Virus record (IMG/VR): IMGVR_UViG_3300045988_057118
Direction: 5' to 3' (one strand)
From: a virus
DNA: 42,929 nucleotides
The notes under the pieces were generated by a model. The model did no database searches and was not told where the DNA came from. It saw only the letters and a list, made by a program, of their open reading frames with translations. This document shows, piece after piece, positions 26,663 to 33,946 of the stretch (its first letter is position 1; every line of letters starts with the position of its first letter). A program made the translations under genes and the position numbers.

Positions 26663-27619
26663 TGTAATTATCTTCTTGGTATTTGAGTGCCAATCAATAG
26701 GAAATCCTAATTTTATTAAGATATCATTTATACGAATAGATTCGAGCTTTGGAGCCAATTTTTTCACTAACTTTAGTACCGAGTTATGTAGTGTGGCATA
26801 TTCGATGCGGCTTAAAAAACATTGTAGTGAAAGAAAAACAGTGTAGGGAGTGTTTCTTGGGGTATTTGACGTAATGCAATATTTAGAGTGTAATGGCGCC
26901 CAATAGCGATCATCTGCGGGGCAATGGTGCCCGATTAATCTATTACTGTGCGCGCAAACGTTTCTGATGTCGTGCATGTTTTTTACAAAGCTTATCATTG
27001 TAGCCGGAGGAAATTGCCCCGGATTTTGAATATGTTCTGAAATAAAGCTTATGCAATCACGAGCTACTTTGTTTTGTACAGAAGTCGTTGAATTAGTTAA
27101 TAAATATCGAAATGCTCCAAATTCAATATAGCTAGATAATACCCAAATGGGTACTTTCTTATATTTATTTATGTAGTGATAAATACTGGAGTCTTTATAG
27201 CGTTTACAATTATATCTTGTAAGTATTTTAGATAGTTTAGATATAGTCTCTATACTCTCTAGGCGCTTAGTGGAATCGTAACAATTTATATCTAAATAAG
27301 GGTAAGGGTCGTTTGGGAATGTCTCGGAAAATCTATGAACAAACAACGCTTTTAAGTGTGTTTCTGCGCTAAGAATGGCATTTAGTAGTTCTTGCTTAAG
27401 CTCCTTTTCGAATCGATATAGTTTAGCAATTTCATCAAAGTTAGTATTAGCGGTGTAATTATCATTGTTATCGTGTGGAAAAAAATTAGCATAGCCGTTA
27501 ATAATATTGTAATAGTTTTGACTTAACAAATATGCTTTTGCCTTATCAATATCATTAATGACAAGCTTTCGTCCAAGAAGTATTTGAATTTGCTCATCTA
27601 TCGTTTTAAATTCTTTCAA
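26660..27619 (-). CDS. Abortive-infection protein, Abi_2 family (AbiD/AbiF-like)
   Basis: 319 aa; N-terminal EQIQILLGRKLVIND ... YYNIINGY and a conserved IRNVCAHSNRLIG motif typical of Abi_2 proteins. Confidence 0.7.
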   Translation of the reverse strand: MKEFKTIDEQIQILLGRKLVINDIDKAKAYLLSQNYYNIINGYANFFPHDNNDNYTANTNFDEIAKLYRFEKELKQELLNAILSAETHLKALFVHRFSETFPNDPYPYLDINCYDSTKRLESIETISKLSKILTRYNCKRYKDSSIYHYINKYKKVPIWVLSSYIEFGAFRYLLTNSTTSVQNKVARDCISFISEHIQNPGQFPPATMISFVKNMHDIRNVCAHSNRLIGHHCPADDRYWAPLHSKYCITSNTPRNTPYTVFLSLQCFLSRIEYATLHNSVLKLVKKLAPKLESIRINDILIKLGFPIDWHSNTKKIIT

Positions 27620-27621
27620 AA

Positions 27622-27655
27622 GAAAAAGCCCTCCTCAATGAGGAAGGCTTTTCTC
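27622..27655 (-). terminator. Terminator for the minus-strand secreted-protein gene
   Basis: Hairpin gccttcct / aggagggc followed (minus strand) by a T-rich run. Confidence 0.4.
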
Positions 27656-27769
27656 CGCATCGGGCCCCGTAGGGTAACCGACACTCTTCTGCTATCCTCA
27701 TTATATTAAAATAACTTGACAAAAGTCAACAAATTTACACATAAATACACATAAATCTATATTGAACTG

Positions 27770-28129
27770 CTAAAATACAGAATCTAATACATCGTCATAC
27801 CAGTGCTTTTTCTTTTCTTTCTTAGAGGGTTCTTGCTGAATATCTTCAGAATACGTTCTGTGCATTTCGTTGGCTGCTTGCCACTTTGCTAATGCCTTAT
27901 CAGTGCCTTCATCGACTTTGTGCAACTCGTCAATTTGTTCTTGTGTCATATTGATAGTTCGTTCAAGATATTCTTGTTCCTCTAATAACTCAGTACTTCC
28001 ATCATCATAATGAACTAATACTTTAGGACCGTCTAAAGCCTTAAATTCGTCATGAGATACTTCTGTTCTGGCAAAACCGGTTACGGTAACTAAGGTAAGC
28101 ATAGTTGTAATTAACAAAGTCTTTTTCAT
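27770..28129 (-). CDS. Secreted protein with signal peptide (function unknown; exclusion/conversion candidate)
   Basis: 119 aa; N-terminal MKKTLLITTMLTLVTVTGFA signal peptide without a lipobox Cys; highly charged mature part. Confidence 0.5.
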   Translation of the reverse strand: MKKTLLITTMLTLVTVTGFARTEVSHDEFKALDGPKVLVHYDDGSTELLEEQEYLERTINMTQEQIDELHKVDEGTDKALAKWQAANEMHRTYSEDIQQEPSKKEKKKHWYDDVLDSVF

Positions 28130-28155
28130 TTTTAAATCTCCCTTTATATATTCCC

Positions 28156-28431
28156 TTATAACGCCGATAAATAATGGTGGTAAAAAGCTATATTTTCCAA
28201 TTCGGATTCATCGACGTGAGACCTACGAACCATTTGCTCAATAAGGTCCACGTGTTTATCCAAGAAAAAGTCATCATTAATAATATGAATTAATTCATGC
28301 TTAATTTCCTCCCTCATACGATCATGAGGGAGGTTTCTATTTATGTAGATATTATGGGTATCCACATCTTCACATTCCTCCGATACAGCGTTGGCATGTG
28401 GTAAATCACAGTAAATTACATTAACTACCAA
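28156..28431 (-). CDS. ImmA/IrrE-like metallopeptidase (short)
   Basis: 91 aa with HEXXH (KHELIHII), located immediately downstream of the cI-like repressor on the same strand. Confidence 0.5.
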   Translation of the reverse strand: MVVNVIYCDLPHANAVSEECEDVDTHNIYINRNLPHDRMREEIKHELIHIINDDFFLDKHVDLIEQMVRRSHVDESELENIAFYHHYLSAL

Positions 28432-28452
28432 ATTAACACTCTCCCTTATATA

Positions 28453-28839
28453 CTATTTATTTTTTAATTTTAATAGTTCTATATATTCAACTGCTTTCTC
28501 CATATCCTCCTTACTAATATCTTTTGCTGCAGAGAATAACATACGGGCCCCTGGGCGTGTACGCAAGTATTCGGCGAATTCAGCAGCTTCTTTATCTAAG
28601 TAATATTCCTCTTCAGTTTTATCTTGCTTTTCTACTAATTCCGATTTTGACACGTGAAAATAGTTCGCCATCATTTCAATTTTATCTATTCTTGGATATG
28701 TATTGCCTTTCAACCAATCTGTTAACGTAGTGTATTTAAACCCTAAATCAGCACATAGTCTATTTCGGTCTATTCCGCGACTATCCATTAGCCTTTGGAG
28801 ATTTTGGGCCATAATCTCCTTATTGCCTAAATCACTCAT
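28453..28839 (-). CDS. CI-like repressor, XRE-family HTH
   Basis: 128 aa with N-terminal HTH (QNLQRLMDSRGIDRNRLCADLG); divergent from the cro-like gene across the operator region. Confidence 0.75.
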   Translation of the reverse strand: MSDLGNKEIMAQNLQRLMDSRGIDRNRLCADLGFKYTTLTDWLKGNTYPRIDKIEMMANYFHVSKSELVEKQDKTEEEYYLDKEAAEFAEYLRTRPGARMLFSAAKDISKEDMEKAVEYIELLKLKNK

Positions 28840-28889
28840 CTCAAATTTCCTCTCTATAATAAATTCATAATAATTAATAATATAATACG

Positions 28890-28980
28890 ATATTTCCGTA
28901 ATAAATTCAATATTTAAACTAAAAATTTACGATATTTTACGGAAATTTAATAGACATTACGGTAAAACCGTAGTATACTC
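28890..28980. promoter_or_regulatory. Immunity switch region: operator O-a TTACGGTAAAACCGTAG (28957-28973) within the spacer of a TAGACA-17-TATACT promoter, plus TTACGG-type half-sites at 28893-28902 and 28936-28947
   Basis: Palindrome with arms TACGGT/ACCGTA; -35 TAGACA (28951-28956) and -10 TATACT (28974-28979) exactly 17 bp apart; inverted half-site pair atttccgtaa / ttacggaaat. Confidence 0.55.
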
Positions 28981-29023
28981 TAATCATGATAATAAGTCAT
29001 GTTAATAAGAAAGGAGGTAGTTT

Positions 29024-29212
29024 ATGAAATATACACTTAGAATGCTCCGCGCATCCAAGTCTTGGACGCAAGCTCAAGCCGCAAAAGAAATTGGCGTATC
29101 AACTGAGACTTGGGGGAATTGGGAGCGTAAGCGATCTTATCCAGATGTACCAAACATATCTAAGATAGAACAGGTATTCAATGTCGCTTATGATGATATT
29201 ATTTTTTTATAG
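29024..29212 (+). CDS. Cro-like HTH regulator
   Basis: 62 aa XRE-type HTH (WTQAQAAKEIGVSTETWGNWER); RBS AAGGAGG; first gene of the rightward early operon. Confidence 0.65.
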   Translation: MKYTLRMLRASKSWTQAQAAKEIGVSTETWGNWERKRSYPDVPNISKIEQVFNVAYDDIIFL

Positions 29213-29216
29213 CCAC

Positions 29217-29233
29217 TTACGGTTTTACCGTAA
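29217..29233. promoter_or_regulatory. Second copy of the 17-bp operator (TTACGGTTTTACCGTAA), immediately downstream of cro
   Basis: Reverse complement equals O-a at 28957-28973 over 16 of 17 positions. Confidence 0.5.
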
Positions 29234-29340
29234 AAATAAAGAAAAGGAAGGAATATGAAAATAGTAAAACTCATTACAAAAGCAACGTTAAAAAAGTAAA
29301 AGCCACCAACAAAGTTAGTGGCAGTAGCGAGGGGCATTAA

Positions 29341-29616
29341 ATGAAAGAGGAAAAACATATTAAAATACTCCGCCAACAGCTGGAACTATTGACGGAGTTG
29401 CAAAAACAAGTGGATGATCCACAAATAATCATGGAGTTATCTGACAAAATAATTGTGTTATCTGATGTACTAACTAATCTAGAAGAATCACAAAATAATA
29501 AATTATCTGTTTGGAAAGACGCATCATTAATTTATCAATTAGCCTTATCAATTCAAAATAAATGTGCAAAAGATATAGATGAATTATTTGCTCTGAGCAG
29601 TGACAAAAGCAAATAG
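29341..29616 (+). CDS. Hypothetical protein
   Basis: 91-aa ORF with an upstream RBS-like GGCAGTAGCGAGG. Confidence 0.4.
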   Translation: MKEEKHIKILRQQLELLTELQKQVDDPQIIMELSDKIIVLSDVLTNLEESQNNKLSVWKDASLIYQLALSIQNKCAKDIDELFALSSDKSK

Positions 29617-30167
29617 CATCTGCATAACTGCGATAGCAATATGTTGATGCTTGTGGAGTACATTAGAAAATTTTGATAATAGACCTTTTTGCACGGGGAT
29701 ATCATTACTTAAGTTTGTTTCTAGCAAATGGAGCATTTTTCTAAACGCTTCTTTTTCTTCCATAGATATATTTTTGTCATTGTCAATTAGATTTGAAATT
29801 GAATTTATGGATTGATCTATAGAAATTGAAATATTTTCTTGTGAACCAATTATAGAATTTCCATTTATAGTGCCAATGTTAAATATATTGGTTGCATTAG
29901 AGCGTTTATGAGCACGCTGATAGTCTGTTTCATAATTTAAAATGGCGCCATCAGTCATTCCCAAAGGTTTTACATCTATAACATGGTAGTTCTTTTTGTT
30001 ATGAACCAAGATATCGCCTTCTATTATATCTGAAAATTCTAATGTTTGAATGGAGTTTGGATATTTACTAGAACAGAAAAATCCATACACTTTGTCAGCG
30101 ATTACTTTATTATTTCGTATTACAGTAAATAATTCAGACATATTTTTAAATGGGGCAACCGGCATTT
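29584..30167 (-). CDS. Hypothetical protein encoded antisense to the early operon (moron/defence candidate)
   Basis: 194 aa from ATG (complement of 30165-30167) with GGAGGTG 6 nt upstream; the RBS sits in the 7-bp stem aatcacc/ggtgatt; convergent with the 29341 ORF. Confidence 0.5.
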
Positions 30168-30286
30168 TGAATTTCATTATAATCACCTCCTTTCAAGGTG
30201 ATTATACAAACAATTATTTAAGAATACGCAAAATATTCATGAAAATTTTATGAACATCTATAAAGAAGATATAAAGGAGGATTATT

Positions 30287-30487
30287 GTGGACAGGAATAA
30301 ATTATGCATAACAGTCGCTGAGGCTGCTGAACTAGCAAGCGTTCCTCAAGATGTGATTCGTCAATGGGCGGCTGACTTTGATTTTCCGTCGATGAAGATA
30401 GGGGCCCGAGGAGGTAAACGATTGATCCATTTAGATTCGTTTAATGCATGGCTAGGGAAACGATGCCAAGCAAGAATAGGAGAGTGA
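30287..30487 (+). CDS. xis: Excisionase-like HTH DNA-binding protein
   Basis: 66 aa with an Xis/MerR-like pattern (ITVAEAAELASVPQDVIRQWA); RBS AAGGAGG. Confidence 0.55.
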   Translation: MDRNKLCITVAEAAELASVPQDVIRQWAADFDFPSMKIGARGGKRLIHLDSFNAWLGKRCQARIGE

Positions 30488-30491
30488 AAAA

Positions 30492-30668
30492 ATGAAAAAA
30501 TTAGCAGGCATCATGTTGGCCACATGTTTTGGAATTTTAGAAGGCTCAGATGTGCAAGGGTACGAGTTGCACTCATCGACTATGCTACTGTTGCTTTTAT
30601 GCGTTGTATCAGCAGTAGCTATTCTTTATAAATCATTTAAGGAGGATGAGCATTATGGACGATATTGA
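30492..30668 (+). CDS. Small membrane peptide (58 aa)
   Basis: ATG after GAGTGAAAAA; central Leu-rich TM segment; below the ORF-track size cutoff. Confidence 0.3.
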   Translation: MKKLAGIMLATCFGILEGSDVQGYELHSSTMLLLLLCVVSAVAILYKSFKEDEHYGRY

Positions 30669-30753
30669 TGTGATTGGTGTGTTATTTATTCTTGTTGTGA
30701 TGGCCGTTTGCATTATGTTTTATGGCGGTCTGGTTTGGGTACTAATACGATGA
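30655..30753 (+). CDS. Small hydrophobic peptide (32 aa)
   Basis: AAGGAGGATGAGCATT upstream of ATG; one TM helix; the ATGA overlap couples it to the next ORF. Confidence 0.3.
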   Translation: MDDIDVIGVLFILVVMAVCIMFYGGLVWVLIR

Positions 30754-30920
30754 GACGTCCGGTTCGAACATGTACGAAATGTGGAGTTAGGTTAATTCCA
30801 CACACTTATAACTACATTTATGACGAGATTAATCGTAAGGCGATTAGAGTGTGCAAACCTTGCCACGATGAACATATTCGTCGTAAAAGTAAAAATGCTC
30901 GCACTCACGGCAATGAGTAA
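30750..30920 (+). CDS. Small zinc-ribbon protein
   Basis: CTKCG ... CKPCH four-Cys pattern; likely start MRRPVRTC at 30750 within ORF-track entry 30708..30920. Confidence 0.4.
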   Translation: MRRPVRTCTKCGVRLIPHTYNYIYDEINRKAIRVCKPCHDEHIRRKSKNARTHGNE

Positions 30921-30972
30921 CGAGCACAGATAAAAAATATCCTATGTAAATTATACCAGATAAGGAGATAAA

Positions 30973-31362
30973 ATGCCTGAAATAAAAGCAATAAAACATA
31001 AAGCCACTGTAAATGCATTTGACTTTAATTTCTTTGCAGATAACAGGGGTAAACACGAATCATTACAAAAGGTAGCGATAGTGACTGCAAATAGCTATAT
31101 CAAGCTTTCAATGCCGGCTTACAGAAAGTTAAAAGGGCCTGAATATTTCAAGGTTGGTATAGATGTTAACAACAAAGTCATTTGTGTGGCTCCTGCGCTT
31201 GCAACAGAGCCATATGTAATTAAACCAACAGCAGTACAAATCGAAAGAAACACTATTTATATATCCAAAAGTCGTAGCGTAATTCAAAAACTTCAAGAGA
31301 TTGGAATTCCCAAAATCGTTGAAGGGAAATTAGTTGATGATGAATTACTGTTTAAATTTTAA
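30973..31362 (+). CDS. Hypothetical protein
   Basis: 129-aa ORF with RBS AAGGAGAT. Confidence 0.45.
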   Translation: MPEIKAIKHKATVNAFDFNFFADNRGKHESLQKVAIVTANSYIKLSMPAYRKLKGPEYFKVGIDVNNKVICVAPALATEPYVIKPTAVQIERNTIYISKSRSVIQKLQEIGIPKIVEGKLVDDELLFKF

Positions 31363-31374
31363 GGAGAATTAATC

Positions 31375-31902
31375 ATGGAAAATAAAAACGTTTTAACTAT
31401 TAACTTTAATAACATAGAAGATTTGGCATTGCAGATCGCAGAATGGAATGAAATTTTAAACCATCAATGTTGCGGCAATTGCCATGATGAAAAGCACCCT
31501 GCTGAACAAGTAACAAAAGCAATGTGTGAAACTGCACCTAAAGCTGAGCCTGCTACAAAGCAGGAAAAACAGAAAACTCCAGAAATTACGGATGACGACC
31601 TTCCAGTACTTCCTATTGACGCGGATCCGTCGCCTAAAGCAGAATCACAACCTCAGCCAGTCGTTCAAGAAAAGGTTAAATCTGTTCCAGAACCTGAACC
31701 TGCATTGGATGTAAGTGACGAACCTGTAGATAAAAAAGCCTTTTATAAAGAATTCCGTGCATGGATGGGCGAAGATGGGGTAAAAGCAAAAAAAGCACTT
31801 GCAATTTTTAGCAAGCACGGGGTCACTCGTCCGTCTAGCGACTCTTTAACGGATGATCTTATCACCGATTTAAAATCCATCATGGCAGAGAAGGAGGCTT
31901 AA
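31375..31902 (+). CDS. Hypothetical protein with Pro/Glu-rich linker
   Basis: 175-aa ORF; RBS AAGGAGAA; low-complexity central region. Confidence 0.45.
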   Translation: MENKNVLTINFNNIEDLALQIAEWNEILNHQCCGNCHDEKHPAEQVTKAMCETAPKAEPATKQEKQKTPEITDDDLPVLPIDADPSPKAESQPQPVVQEKVKSVPEPEPALDVSDEPVDKKAFYKEFRAWMGEDGVKAKKALAIFSKHGVTRPSSDSLTDDLITDLKSIMAEKEA

Positions 31903-31904
31903 AT

Positions 31905-32273
31905 ATGGCTAAGCAACAATTTAAAAGCCAAGCAGATATATGTAAGAAGTCCCTAGACATATTACATAAGGCAATTGAACTGGACCCTAATAACGCTGAG
32001 GAATACCAAGCTGGTATTACCTACACAGAGGATGTCATGAGAGCATCTAATGCGATTGTAAAAGCCTTTGATGTGGTCGAGCCTTCTAAGTTAGCTACTT
32101 CTAAGGATAAAACGGAAGATGCTACAAAGGAAGAAAAGCCAAAGCGTACACGTAAGACTAAAACCGCTAAAGAATCTGCACCAGATAGCAAACCAACTGC
32201 AGATGAAACGCAACCAACGGTTGAGCCTAGTGTAGAAGAAAATTCGAGCATCTTTGCCATGTTTGATGATTAA
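31905..32273 (+). CDS. Hypothetical protein
   Basis: 122-aa ORF, coupled start (TAAATATG). Confidence 0.45.
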   Translation: MAKQQFKSQADICKKSLDILHKAIELDPNNAEEYQAGITYTEDVMRASNAIVKAFDVVEPSKLATSKDKTEDATKEEKPKRTRKTKTAKESAPDSKPTADETQPTVEPSVEENSSIFAMFDD

Positions 32274-32287
32274 GGCGGTGGCGTTCT

Positions 32288-33937
32288 GTGGAAACTGTGT
32301 CAAGTTTATACATCCGTAAAATGTTCGATAGCATCATAATTGAAAAACATTATGATGCTGCTTACACAACAATTCACCATTGTGATTGCAATCACACATT
32401 TGGTGGCACATGGAACCGCAAATATAGCATGGGCTGCGGATATTATACAGGTGCGAAATATTATGTTTGCCCTAATTGTGGTACTCGCTCCGAACCATAT
32501 GTTCATAAAGTGGTGATTGCATCTAATGATGAGGAACTATTTCCTAAAGAAATGTTTTTTGAAGTTGTTAATTGCAAAGACTTTCTTGATCTTCGTATTA
32601 AATATAAAGGTATCCAGCTATTTTGGGATGGAACGTCTGAAGATGGCTCTTATAAAGAAGTTTTGCGTTTTGATTTCAAAGCAAGAAAAGCTTTTTATAT
32701 CGATGAAGATAAGAGAAAACATGAACTCACAGCCGATTATATTCGTGATTGCGATAATCCGATTATGCCAATTTTAAAATACATAGGGAAATCGTATGCA
32801 GTACATGGAGTTAATAAAGAACATTTGACCAAACTCTTCAAAAGTCTGCGCCTAATATTTGAAAAGCGCTTAACAGAACAGTGTGGACATAAAGTAAAAG
32901 ATGTTTATATTCCGCACTCGATTAGTGAATATGGCGGATATGGGATTTCTATGTTGGTTAATATGATCTTAAAGCTTAGAGCTCCTGATATGCCTGCTAT
33001 CACTAAAATAATTAAAAGCAAAATTAAATGGAGTCCGTGTTATTGGATTGGTTACGTAAGAGATCTTCCTTTTGATGAATCGATATTAACCATGACTAAA
33101 AAGGGAACCGGATTCTTAGAAGCATTGCGAATTTATCATCGAGCTCCGGATAGTAAATTATTGCGTAGCATGATGGTTAATGACCCTATGATTGTTAAGC
33201 TATCAGATATGCTGAATGTTTTTAAAGACGAAAATAATCGAAGGACAATATTGACTCTTAATCGAGACAAAGGGTTCGATGATGTATCTGCGAAAATAAT
33301 TAATGCAGCTCATTTAGATGAGAATATGGGTGTTAGGTCTCAAAAAATCTTTAATATGTGGCGTGGCCTTTCCAAACGATATGGTGAGCGAAATTTATTG
33401 CGGTATTTGCTAAATGCCACTGCATCAGATATCAGGGATATTGTTAATATGTACAGTCAAATAAATGGTAAGTATATAGCTCAAGTTTGGGATACTAATT
33501 GCAAGCTAAAAGACTTCCATGATGTTGTAGTTAATATTTATAACAAACAAGAGTATGGCGATGTAATGCTTCCGGAAGTCCCTCAGCTACAAGCTGATGT
33601 AAACGGAATGCACTTCATGGTACCTAAGACTGCAGCTGATTTAATGACTGTAGGTAAACGGTTAAAAAATTGCGTTGGATCATACCGAGATAGAGTCATG
33701 AAAGGGACTACCGCAATAGTGTTAGTTACCGACGATGCTATGAAGCCAGTTGCGTGCCTAGAATTGGCCAATAAAGGTAAAAAGAAAGGCCGTCAAATAT
33801 TCGACTTAGTGCAGGCGAAGCTCTTCGCTAATGAAGAGCTAAAAAAGAACGCTCAAATTAATTCGACGGTAATGCAATGGGCCAATCAATTACAGATTGA
33901 GCCACATACCATCGATGTGGATGCCACTGTTGTATAG
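32288..33937 (+). CDS. Large early protein with N-terminal zinc ribbon (PcfJ-like candidate)
   Basis: 549 aa with HHCDCNH ... CPNCG near the N-terminus and a C-terminal VGKRLKNCVGSYRDRV block reminiscent of PcfJ-like proteins. Start ambiguous (GTG 32288 or ATG 32327). Confidence 0.4.
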   Translation: METVSSLYIRKMFDSIIIEKHYDAAYTTIHHCDCNHTFGGTWNRKYSMGCGYYTGAKYYVCPNCGTRSEPYVHKVVIASNDEELFPKEMFFEVVNCKDFLDLRIKYKGIQLFWDGTSEDGSYKEVLRFDFKARKAFYIDEDKRKHELTADYIRDCDNPIMPILKYIGKSYAVHGVNKEHLTKLFKSLRLIFEKRLTEQCGHKVKDVYIPHSISEYGGYGISMLVNMILKLRAPDMPAITKIIKSKIKWSPCYWIGYVRDLPFDESILTMTKKGTGFLEALRIYHRAPDSKLLRSMMVNDPMIVKLSDMLNVFKDENNRRTILTLNRDKGFDDVSAKIINAAHLDENMGVRSQKIFNMWRGLSKRYGERNLLRYLLNATASDIRDIVNMYSQINGKYIAQVWDTNCKLKDFHDVVVNIYNKQEYGDVMLPEVPQLQADVNGMHFMVPKTAADLMTVGKRLKNCVGSYRDRVMKGTTAIVLVTDDAMKPVACLELANKGKKKGRQIFDLVQAKLFANEELKKNAQINSTVMQWANQLQIEPHTIDVDATVV

Positions 33938-33946
33938 GAGAAGAAT

